Source: Eledone cirrhosa (Eukaryota). Taken from it: a DNA stretch of 64,000 bases. Under the pieces are notes generated by a model, which did not search any database, was not told the origin of the DNA, and was given only the letters and a program-made list of their open reading frames with translations. Shown piece by piece: positions 54,028 through 64,000 of the stretch. The position numbers and the translations under genes are program-made. The stretch spans positions 53,692,001 through 53,756,000 of the forward strand of contig OZ024749.1 of NCBI GenBank assembly GCA_964016885.1. The letters run 5' to 3'. How positions within the stretch are numbered: position 1 is the first letter of the stretch; each line of letters begins with the position of its first letter.

Positions 54028-54159
54028 GTTCAACACCCAGCAGCCAAGATGTTGGTGATGGCTAGTCAACAACAAGAGCAAGAATGTGGTGATGGTACAA
54101 ATGCTGTTTTGATTCTAGCTGGAGCTTTCTTGGAGCGTGCTGAAGAACTACTTCGTATG
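54028..54159 (+). CDS. CCT8: CCT8 exon 4
   Basis: VQHPAAKMLVMASQQQEQECGDGTNAVLILAGAFLERAEELLRM (GDGTN, the theta-type P-loop). Confidence 0.97.
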
Positions 54160-54787
54160 GTAAGCTCTCTGATGAGAATTCCCCTTCAAAGCAAATCTTT
54201 TAATCTCTATTTTTTCTTTCAGATTCTTAAGTTTATCCTACATGTTCTCTCTGATTTTCTTGGGATAACATTTTGTGCTGGTGTCACAATAAAATGTACC
54301 CATTACACCATGTGAGACAGTTGGCGTTTTTTGCTTTTACGACAATCCCCCATCTTCATTGGACATTGGTCTTTTCTAGTACTCGTTTATTCTGTACTTC
54401 CTCCCTCAGTATCTCTTCTGTCTCTATCACCCAACCACCTCCCACACATTTTACCATCTTACAATAACACTTTTAGATCTTCTCAATTCCTGGGTGAAAG
54501 ACTTATTGCTCAAAACATTAAAATCTTTCACTTCTCAAAACAAATCAACTCTTCTACATATTCTGCTAGGAGTTTCAACTGATAGATAGTATCAGTAATA
54601 GAAACATGAATTTCCTTGGTCTGATTTGACAAGTTCCACCCCACTCAGTAAGGGAATGAAGCCTGGGATCTTGACAGTTGATTAAATTAATTTAATTATA
54701 TATTCACTTAATATATATTTGTTCAACAATTCCCATTATTAAATCTTTCTTTTAATGACAGGTTTTTCTACTTTGAATTTGTTGTAG

Positions 54788-54857
54788 GGTTTGTCTGTAC
54801 CTGAAGTAATTGAGGGCTATGAATCTGCTTCTGTCAAAGCTATAGAATATTTACCAG
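54788..54857 (+). CDS. CCT8: CCT8 exon 5
   Basis: GLSVPEVIEGYESASVKAIEYLP. Confidence 0.95.
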
Positions 54858-55095
54858 GTATGATTCTTCCTTGCTTTCATAGCTCCTTTTTTTTATTTGA
54901 TCCATTTATTAAATTAAATAGCCTTGTGCCTAACCTAGAAACCATTTATTACTTAAAAGTTAAAAATTTAAGCATTTTATTTTACAAAATTGAGCTGAAA
55001 TGTTAACATTTCCAACTTAATTGTTAGCCAGTAAGAAAATACATTAATTTCGATTCTCTTTCTTATCGTTTCATGAATATTATATTTTATTTCAG

Positions 55096-55224
55096 AACTT
55101 GTTGTTGGTCAAGTTAAAGATATGAGAAACAGAGATGAAGTGAAAAAGGTGATCCGTTCTGCCGTTATGAGTAAACAATATGGTAATGAAGATTTCCTGG
55201 CAGATCTCATAACTGATGCTTGTA
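55096..55224 (+). CDS. CCT8: CCT8 exon 6
   Basis: (E)LVVGQVKDMRNRDEVKKVIRSAVMSKQYGNEDFLADLITDAC. Confidence 0.95.
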
Positions 55225-55551
55225 GTAAGTATTTTCTCTTTTCTGTCTGATTTTAACATCTTCATTAATCAACATGTTATTGCCTATATATATGTATGTT
55301 TTAGATTTTTAATTCTTCAGTTAAATTCTTATCTTTTGTAAGTTATTTTAATTAAACACTTGTGTAATCGAAGGTTTGTTTAACGATTGGGACAGTTTTA
55401 AATAAAAAGGAGTGTCTTTCATTAGAAATATAGTAGCAATGTGCGTTAATCTAGGAAATGTGAGTTTTATGACATATTTATTGTGAAATATTTAATATAT
55501 GAAGAAATTGTGTATTTAATGTTATTTAATATTTTTTAAATTCAATTTCAG

Positions 55552-55613
55552 TTGGAATATTATCTACAAAGAATACTTTTAATGTTGATAATGTTCGAGT
55601 GTGCAAGATTCTG
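55552..55613 (+). CDS. CCT8: CCT8 exon 7
   Basis: (I)GILSTKNTFNVDNVRVCKIL. Confidence 0.95.
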
Positions 55614-56027
55614 GTAAGTTAGTGTTTGTTTTCGTTTCTGTATTTAGACATTTGTCTGTCATTTAATTGTAACTTGTGTGTTAGGTCTGTTATTTCATGG
55701 TTTGTAGAAAGGATATATGAGTGAATTGGCAGAGTTGTTTGAACATCATTTCATATGAAATGATTTGTGGTATTTGTTCCAGCTCTTTGCATACTCTAAG
55801 TATCTGGATGGAGTCAGCTTTGCTTTTCATCCTTTCTAGGTCGATAAAAATAGTGCCAGCCCAGTTCTGTGGTTGAATCTCTCTTTGGAAGAGATTGGCT
55901 GTGCTTAGGCTTGGGGAAAGGGGTGGGCTCTGCTAAATTAAAGTACCACGACAATGGCCTACATACATTAGAGGTAGAGCTTAAGTGTTGTAGTTCCTAC
56001 ATTGTAATGAATTCCTGTATGTTTCAG

Positions 56028-56165
56028 GGCTGTAGTATGATGAATTCAAGTGTGCTCCAGGGAATGGTTTTCAAACGTGCAGTTGAAGGCGACGTTACTA
56101 AAGCAGAGAAATGTAAAATAGCAATCTATTCCTGTCCATTAGATGCTTTGCAAACTGAAACTAAG
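56028..56165 (+). CDS. CCT8: CCT8 exon 8
   Basis: GCSMMNSSVLQGMVFKRAVEGDVTKAEKCKIAIYSCPLDALQTETK. Confidence 0.96.
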
Positions 56166-56642
56166 GTATGTTTTATTTGGTTTTTATATCTCTCTAATGA
56201 CAAAACATTTTCAATTAGGAATAAATTTCTTTTATATTTAATGTTTGGGGGTGGATCAAAATGTTTACATAAAGCTTATTTGTAATTTAGGATTTTCCAT
56301 AATCTCCCTATATTATATAACATGAGGGGTAGTTTCCACCCTCCTTTGCGTATAAAACTGGCCCAATTCTATAACAAACCTGTTTTAAAGTATTCCTGTT
56401 TCAATAGAATAAGAATGTCTTTGTTCAGTTATGTAATAAACCTCAGCTTATTAATAAGGTTAGTTTATTAAATCCAATCAAATTGTTGGTTATTGACAAA
56501 ATTAATTGAAATACATAGGTGATGTGTTTCATTAGAAATATGTTAATGAAAGGGATGACTTTTCAATTTTATTTGATTAAATTTTAAAATGTTCATTTGT
56601 TTCATCTTCCTTACAACAATGCCTCCTTCAATTTTTGATTAG

Positions 56643-56714
56643 GGAACTGTTTTGATAAAAACTGCCAAAGAGTTGATGAATTTCAGCAAAGGGGAAGAAG
56701 ACCAAATGGAAAAG
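56643..56714 (+). CDS. CCT8: CCT8 exon 9
   Basis: GTVLIKTAKELMNFSKGEEDQMEK. Confidence 0.96.
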
Positions 56715-56813
56715 GTAATTTGTCATTTCTTCTGCAGTATTTAAAGATCTTTGTTGGCTTTTATTTCAATGGTTTCTTTAAGGTGTTTCTTAAATTTCTT
56801 CTTTTTATTTCAG

Positions 56814-56987
56814 CATATTCAATCCATTGCTGAATCTGGTGTCACTGTGATTGTTAGTGGTGGCAAAGTCGGTGAACTTACTCTTCATTTTTGCAACAAA
56901 TTTAACTTGTTAGTTGTTCGTCTTTTATCCAAGTTTGATCTGAGAAGATTAGCTCGTTCTGTCTCAGCAACTGTACTTCCTAAAATT
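56814..56987 (+). CDS. CCT8: CCT8 exon 10
   Basis: HIQSIAESGVTVIVSGGKVGELTLHFCNKFNLLVVRLLSKFDLRRLARSVSATVLPKI. Confidence 0.96.
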
Positions 56988-57350
56988 GTGAGTAAACAAT
57001 TGTTCTCATTGTGCTAATAAAATAAAAAATATATGTATATATATTTAAAGCCTTAATACTTATCTTAATACAAAACTGTTAGAATGACCCGGCTGTTGTC
57101 TGATCATGTAACATTGCACTGCTTCTAAAACCACTTTAGTAACCACACACAATCCAAATTAGTTCAATCAAAGATAGTGGGACAAATTGATTGCTTGATG
57201 GTGCATTCAATCGAAATAGTTAATGTGCAGTTGTAATTGCAACTGCACATATGTGGTGCATTAGAAACTACTATGGTCCTAGTAAATGTTCTATTCCTTG
57301 GTGGTGGTTGTCTTTTGTTTAGGGTCTATATATGGTATACAATTTTTGCA

Positions 57351-57452
57351 GTCTTTATAGCTGTAGTTAGAGATACTTTTCTGACAGCTTATATAGAGAA
57401 CAGGTTACATAGGTTAACTCAGTCAACATCTCAATGGCTGGAAGCTACAAAT
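57351..57452 (+). ncRNA. Possible H/ACA snoRNA in CCT8 intron 10
   Basis: Hairpin, then AGAACA (ANANNA, 57397-57402), second hairpin, then ACA-AAT; folded by eye only. Confidence 0.35.
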
Positions 57453-57486
57453 GTGTCTGCTATATTTAAATTTTGCTATCTTGTAG

Positions 57487-57574
57487 ACTGTACCAACAAC
57501 TGAAGAAATGGGATACTGTGACCATGTTTATGTAGATGAAATTGGAGAGACTGCTGTTGTTGTATTTAAACAGG
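57487..57574 (+). CDS. CCT8: CCT8 exon 11
   Basis: TVPTTEEMGYCDHVYVDEIGETAVVVFKQ. Confidence 0.96.
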
Positions 57575-57655
57575 GTAAGACTGTATTTTATTGTTTATTT
57601 TAATAGATGAACTCACTGATTTAACTGGGTTTCTAAATATCAATTTTTGTTTTAG

Positions 57656-57771
57656 ATAAGGAAGATACTGCAGTGTCTACGATTGTTGTCAGGGGTTCAT
57701 CTGATAACATTGTAGATGACATTGAAAGATGTATTGATGATGGTGTCAACACATTTAAAGCTATGACAAAG
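57656..57771 (+). CDS. CCT8: CCT8 exon 12
   Basis: (D)KEDTAVSTIVVRGSSDNIVDDIERCIDDGVNTFKAMTK. Confidence 0.96.
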
Positions 57772-57979
57772 GTGAGAAGTTATTTATTTTTATGCCAATA
57801 TCTATCAACCCTTTTTCAGTCCACTTCTCATGGGTTGGACAGGCATTTTAGCATGCTACTAGCACTAGAGAGATTGTCTTACAGCAACATTTAAGAACCC
57901 TCTCTACCCTGTGTCAGTTTTCATTCAGATTGTGCTTTGTTTTTTCTAATTATGTGATATTCCGTGTGTTTCATTCCAG

Positions 57980-58051
57980 GATAGTAGATTGGTCGCTGGT
58001 GCCGGTGCAGTGGAAATAGAGCTGGCTAAAAGAATTACTACATTTGGCGAG
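57980..58051 (+). CDS. CCT8: CCT8 exon 13 (GC donor; remaining exons lie outside the window)
   Basis: DSRLVAGAGAVEIELAKRITTFGE followed by GAG|GCAAGT. Cumulative CDS is 1284 nt (428 aa), in frame. Confidence 0.93.
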
Positions 58052-58181
58052 GCAAGTCTAACCAATATAATTGCAATTGTATTATTCTGTGTGTAGCAGT
58101 TGTTAATAGAATAATTCCAATATAACTGTCTTGTATAATTTTTTAATTACATGGAGTTCTGTGGCTGTTAACATGTTGAAT

Positions 58182-58241
58182 ATGATGATAGTAATGTTGG
58201 ATTCCCCTACTGACTTCTAATGGAGAAATTCAACTTTCTGA
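58182..58241 (+). ncRNA. Intronic box C/D snoRNA candidate, copy 1 (coordinates box C to box D)
   Basis: C ATGATGA, guide GTTGGATTCCCCT, D' CTGA, C' ATGGAGA, D CTGA; flanking ctgtt/aacag stem; same strand as host CCT8. Confidence 0.8.
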
Positions 58242-58710
58242 TCACTGCAACAGTGTGTGTGTATTATAGCTAAGCTGATAGCCACCATATTAGTAAAGAA
58301 AATTTAAGTCATGAAACTTTTAGTTCTTTAATAGCAAACAGTTTCTAGTCTTGGGTTGGAATGATCGACTAAATCCCTATAAAGCAGTACCTCTGTCTAA
58401 TGTCTGAAACCAGTAAAAGAGTATTGTATCAAAAATAAGTAATTTCTGTAACACAACACTAATGTAGTTTTGTGTGATTAGTATTAGGAAAGGCATCCAG
58501 CCATAGAGACCTGTACGAGCAAGATGTAGACTTGACTTGGCTCATAGTATGACAACACAGCTAACTCATGCTAGCGTGGAAAATGGACTTTAAACGATGG
58601 TAGTGGTAAGATCAGTTTTTGTATGCAAAGGTTTTAAAATTGTTTTATATCTTACAATTTATTGAGGTGTTTCGATGGTTCAAAGTTTGAAATGTTGAAT
58701 TCCAAACACA

Positions 58711-59462
58711 GAATCTATAAAATGCACACAATGCAGATCCTGGGGACACAGGAGATGTAGTGGGATGGCAGGCAAACTAACAGGTAGGGAGAAATAGTTA
58801 TGCAGATGTACAGGAAAATTAGGTAGTACAAGTCGCATTGATAGACGCATTTTTCAAATGCAGGCGGGTACTATAGAAGTGGTGGATAGCTTCCGGTACC
58901 TAGGAGATCAGATTAGCATGGGAGGGGGAGGGTGTTCCGAGGCCATAGTATCTAGAATAAGGATGGGTTGGAATAAGTTGAGGGGGCTGCTGACGAAGAA
59001 GGGTTTCTCCCTACCTACGAAAGGCCAGTTATATGGTGCCTGTGTGAGGAGCGCGATGCTGCATGGTAGTGGGACATGGGCAGCAACTGCAGAGGATATG
59101 CGACAGCTGGAGAGAGATCAGGCAAGCATGCTCCGTTGGATGTGCATGAACGACCCAGCATGGATGTGTTGAGAGAAAAACTGTCTGAGAGGGATAGAAC
59201 GTAGTGTGCGAGAGAGGAGACTGCGGTGGTATGGACATGTGATGCGCATGGAGGATGACCGATGGGTGAAGAAGTGCCAGGAAATGCCAGTTGAAGGAAG
59301 ACGTGGTAGATGTAGACCACGAAAAACATGGGCGGAGGTGGTGAGAACAGATCGCTGAAGCTCACGGTGGAGATGACGAAGGACTGTGACAAGTGGAGAG
59401 ATGCTGTGCTGAATAAGACCCGTCCCACCCTTGCAAGCTGGGAAAAGCTGTCATAAAATGAT
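58711..59462 (+). mobile_element. RTE LINE 3' fragment, same subfamily as 32872-34261
   Basis: High nucleotide identity by eye to about 33470-34250. Confidence 0.93.
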
Positions 59463-60065
59463 TTTGAAAAGCGCTATAAATATTGTCTATTTTTCCATAC
59501 TAGTTGGACAAATCAGATGACCATTTTTACAGTGTGGACTGGGCACTTTTTTGTCATGTCACCAACACAAGCACTTCTAAGAATGTGTCAAACTAAAAGG
59601 GGCAAAAGTTCCTGTCATCAGAGTCTAGATATATACTTCTCTCAACCTCATGCTTTTATGGACATTAACTATATAATTAAATTTGATATCAAGCTACTAA
59701 TAAAATATGAAATGTTATGTAATTTCTGTTTGAAATAACTAGTTGTGCTGAAAGTATCTACCAGTTGCAACTCCTGGCTGAAAGAGCGACACGAAATAAT
59801 GTCTTGCTCAAGGACATAACACTTTTAATGTGGTATATTTTAAATCTTCTCTCAATACCTTTGGCTGTCCAGCTCTCCTGAGAGTTTCTTACCATATATA
59901 TATACATTTCTACGTTGTTCATAGGATAAAAACTTATGCAAATAACTTTTAAATTATCTATATTTTTACACAATAGATTATATAAGAAAGGCCTTATGGG
60001 TAACATAACACTCCCTTCTGTCGTAATTAACTCTAATAATACAACTGTTGCTAACATGTTTAAAT

Positions 60066-60125
60066 ATGATGATATATATGTTGGATTCCCCTACTGACCT
60101 CTAATGGAGAAATTCAACTTTCTGA
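60066..60125 (+). ncRNA. Box C/D snoRNA candidate, variant B (identical cores at 61210-61269, 62355-62414, 63500-63559)
   Basis: Same boxes and D' guide; external stem actgttgc/gcaacagt. Confidence 0.75.
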
Positions 60126-60673
60126 TCAGTGCAACAGTGTGTCTGTGTTTAAAAGAATTGGTTTGTTAAAAAACCTCTCCATATTCTTATTGTGGTAAAT
60201 ATATGGTCTAATCTTAGCAGAAATTATGAATATTTAAGAATGTCTGTGTGAAAGTGATAGCTACCAGTACTTATTCCAAGTGTTCTTTGAAAGAATTATC
60301 GTCATCATCATTTAATGTCTATTTTTCCATACTAGAATGGGTTAGACAAATCGGATGACCGTTTTTACAGTGTGGACTGGACATTTTTTGTCATGTCACC
60401 AACACAAGCACTTCTAAGAATGTGTCAAACTAAAAGGGGCAAAAGTTCCTGTCATCAGATTCTAGATATATATTTCTCTCAACCTCATGCTTTTATGGAC
60501 ATTATATAATTAAATTTTATATCAAGCTACTAATAAAATATGAAATGTTATGTAATTTCTGTTGGAAATAACTAGTTGTCTAAATAGTTATCGAGTAAAA
60601 ACAACATAATCTAACAATTATTGATAGATATAGTATTTTTGTTTATTGATCTGTGGTTGTTAACATGTTGAAT

Positions 60674-60733
60674 ATGATGATAGTAATGTTGGATTCCCCT
60701 ACTGACTTCTAATGGAGAAAATCAACTTTCTGA
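60674..60733 (+). ncRNA. Box C/D snoRNA candidate, variant A (identical cores at 61819-61878, 62964-63023)
   Basis: Same boxes and D' guide; external stem gttaacat/gtgttaac. Confidence 0.75.
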
Positions 60734-63700
60734 TTACTGTGTTAACATTTCTACCCTACTAGAGTAGGAATGTGAAAGCTAGGTATAATGCCTCTTTGAT
60801 AGGAATCGACAAAACCTTATTCCCTTACAAAGTGGAGAGGAGCTTGTCAAGTCAGACCAAGGAAACAATGTTTCCATTGGTCTTTCCATTGCTGAAAGTA
60901 TCTACCAGTTGCAACTCCTGGCTGAAAGAGCAACACGAAATAATGTCTTGCTCAAGGACATAACACTTTTAATGTGGTATATTTTAAATCTTCTCTCAAT
61001 ACCTTTGGCTGTCCAGCTCTCCTGAGAGTTTCTTACCATATATATATATATATTTCTACGTTGTTCATGAGAAAAACTTATGCAAATAACTTTTAAATTA
61101 TCTATATTTTTACACAATAGATTATATAAGAAAGGCCTTACGTGTAACATAACACTCCCTTCTGTCGTAATTAACTCTAATAATACAACTGTTGCTAACA
61201 TGTTTAAATATGATGATATATATGTTGGATTCCCCTACTGACCTCTAATGGAGAAATTCAACTTTCTGATCAGTGCAACAGTGTGTCTGTGTTTAAAAGA
61301 ATTGGTTTGTTAAACCTCTCGATATTCTTATTGTGGTAAATATATGGTCTAATCTTAGCAGAAATTATGAATATTTAAGAATGTCTGTGTGAAAGTGATA
61401 GCTACCAGTACTTATTCCAGGTGTTCTTTGAAAGAATTATCGTCATCATCATTTAATGTCTATTTTTCCATACTAGAATGGGTTAGACAAATCGGATGAC
61501 CGTTTTTACAGTGTGGACTGGACATTTTTTGTCATGTCACCAACACAAGCACTTCTAAGAATGTGTCAAACTAAAAGGGGCAAAAGTTCCTGTCATCAGA
61601 GTCTAGATATATACTTCTCTCAACCTCATGCTTTTATGGACATTAACTATATAATTAAATTTGATATCAAGCTACTAATAAAATATGAAATGTTATGTAA
61701 TTTCTGTTTGAAATAACTAGTTGTCTTATTAGTTATCGAGTAAAAACAACATAATCTAACAATTATTGATAGATATAGTATTTTTGATTATTGATCTGTG
61801 GCTGTTAACATGTTGAATATGATGATAGTAATGTTGGATTCCCCTACTGACTTCTAATGGAGAAAATCAACTTTCTGATTACTGTGTTAACATTTCTACC
61901 CTACTAGAGTAGGAATGTGAAAGCTAGGTATAATGCCTCTTTGATAGGAATCGACAAAACCTTATTCCCTTACAAAGTGGAGAGGAGCTTGTCAAGTCAG
62001 ACCAAGGAAACAATGTTTCCATTGGTCTTTCCATTGCTGAAAGTATCTACCAGTTGCAACTCCTGGCTGAAAGAGCAACACGAAATAATGTCTTGCTCAA
62101 GGACATAACACTTTTAATGTGGTATATTTTAAATCTTCTCTCAATACCTTTGGCTGTCCAGCTCTCCTGGGAGTTTCTTACCATATATATATATATATTT
62201 CTACGTTGTTCATGAGAAAAACTTATGCAAATAACTTTTAAATTATCTATATTTTTACACAATAGATTATATAAGAAAGGCCTTACGTGTAACATAACAC
62301 TCCCTTCTGTCGTAATTAACTCTAATAATACAACTGTTGCTAACATGTTTAAATATGATGATATATATGTTGGATTCCCCTACTGACCTCTAATGGAGAA
62401 ATTCAACTTTCTGATCAGTGCAACAGTGTGTCTGTGTTTAAAAGAATTGGTTTGTTAAACCTCTCGATATTCTTATTGTGGTAAATATATGGTCTAATCT
62501 TAGCAGAAATTATGAATATTTAAGAATGTCTGTGTGAAAGTGATAGCTACCAGTACTTATTCCAGGTGTTCTTTGAAAGAATTATCGTCATCATCATTTA
62601 ATGTCTATTTTTCCATACTAGAATGGGTTAGACAAATCGGATGACCGTTTTTACAGTGTGGACTGGACATTTTTTGTCATGTCACCAACACAAGCACTTC
62701 TAAGAATGTGTCAAACTAAAAGGGGCAAAAGTTCCTGTCATCAGAGTCTAGATATATACTTCTCTCAACCTCATGCTTTTATGGACATTAACTATATAAT
62801 TAAATTTGATATCAAGCTACTAATAAAATATGAAATGTTATGTAATTTCTGTTTGAAATAACTAGTTGTCTTATTAGTTATCGAGTAAAAACAACATAAT
62901 CTAACAATTATTGATAGATATAGTATTTTTGATTATTGATCTGTGGCTGTTAACATGTTGAATATGATGATAGTAATGTTGGATTCCCCTACTGACTTCT
63001 AATGGAGAAAATCAACTTTCTGATTACTGTGTTAACATTTCTTACCTACTAGAGTAGGAATGTGAAAGCTAGGTATAATGCCTCTTTGATAGGAATCGAC
63101 AAAACCATATTCCCTTACGAAGTGGAGGGGAGCTTGTCAAGTCAGACCAAGGAAACAATGTTTCCATTGGTCTTTCCATTGCTGAAAGTATCTACCAGTT
63201 GCAACTCCTGGCTGAAAGAGCAACACGAAATAATGTCTTGCTCAAGGACATAACACTTTTAATGTGGTATATTTTAAATCTTCTCTCAATACCTTTGGCT
63301 GTCCAGCTCTCCTGGGAGTTTCTTACCATATATATATATATTTCTACGTTGTTCATAGGAGAAAAACTTATGCAAATAACTTTTAAATTATCTATATTTT
63401 TACACAATAGATTATATAAGAAAGGCCTTATGGGTAACATAACACTCCCTTCTGTCGTAATTAACTCTAATAATACAACTGTTGCTAACATGTTTAAATA
63501 TGATGATATATATGTTGGATTCCCCTACTGACCTCTAATGGAGAAATTCAACTTTCTGATCAGTGCAACAGTGTGTCTGTGTTTAAAAGAATTGGTTTGT
63601 TAAAAAACCTCTCCATATTCTTATTGTGGTAAATATATGGTCTAATCTTAGCAGAAATTATGAATATTTAAGAATGTCTGTGTGAAAGTGATAGCTACCA

Positions 63701-64000
63701 GTACTTATTCCAAGTGTTCTTTGAAAGAATTATCGTCATCATCATTTAATGTCTATTTTTCCATACTAGAATGGGTTAGACAAATCGGATGACCGTTTTT
63801 ACATTGTGGACTGGACATTTTTTGTCATGTCACCAACACAAGCACTTCTAAGAATGTGTCAAACTAAAAGGGGCAAAAGTTCCTGTCATCAGATTCTAGA
63901 TATATATTTCTCTCAACCTCATGCTTTTATGGACATTAACTATATAATTAAATTTTATATCAAGCTACTAATAAAATATGAAATGTTATGTAATTTCTGT

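Larger units (their letters stand above)
59484..64000. repeat. ~1.145-kb tandem array in CCT8 intron 13 (one internally deleted unit, three full units, one partial unit; runs off the window)
   Basis: Near-identical blocks start at about 59484, 60316, 61457, 62602 and 63750; the ORF track repeats at 1144-1145 bp offsets. Confidence 0.97.

Noticed and set aside
58229-58237. Second (box D) snoRNA guide TTCAACTTT against 28S AAAGUUGAA
   Set aside because: Only 9 bp and altered in variant A; too short to claim without a search.
59758-63531. Tandemly duplicated small protein genes (99, 63 and 67 aa ORFs)
   Set aside because: Chance ORFs in the repeat unit; no recognisable domain, indels differ among copies, and they lie within a CCT8 intron.

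Overview
AT-rich, microsatellite-dense metazoan genomic DNA. The repeat landscape suggests an octopod cephalopod, which is inference only. Two intron-containing genes lie head-to-head around a 619-bp CpG-rich interval (49885-50503). Macoilin (MACO1/TMEM57) is on the minus strand: 12 coding exons reconstructed by hand, a 34-kb first intron, and a 3' end beyond the left edge. Chaperonin subunit theta (CCT8) is on the plus strand: 13 exons seen, a GC donor after exon 13, and a 3' end beyond the right edge. Most entries in the ORF track are microsatellite artefacts or LINE fragments. Introns hold RTE- and CR1-type LINE fragments, tRNA-derived SINEs, piggyBac-like and mariner-like MITEs, and a 49-bp satellite. 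Two features invisible to the ORF track stand out. (1) Macoilin intron 1 holds at least 7 type-I hammerhead ribozyme motifs with covarying, mostly palindromic helix III, several inside long fold-back palindromes between (TA)n tracts; these are probably Penelope-like element terminal repeats. (2) CCT8 intron 13 holds a box C/D snoRNA-like unit amplified to at least 8 copies, as two alternating variants, by a ~1.145-kb tandem array.
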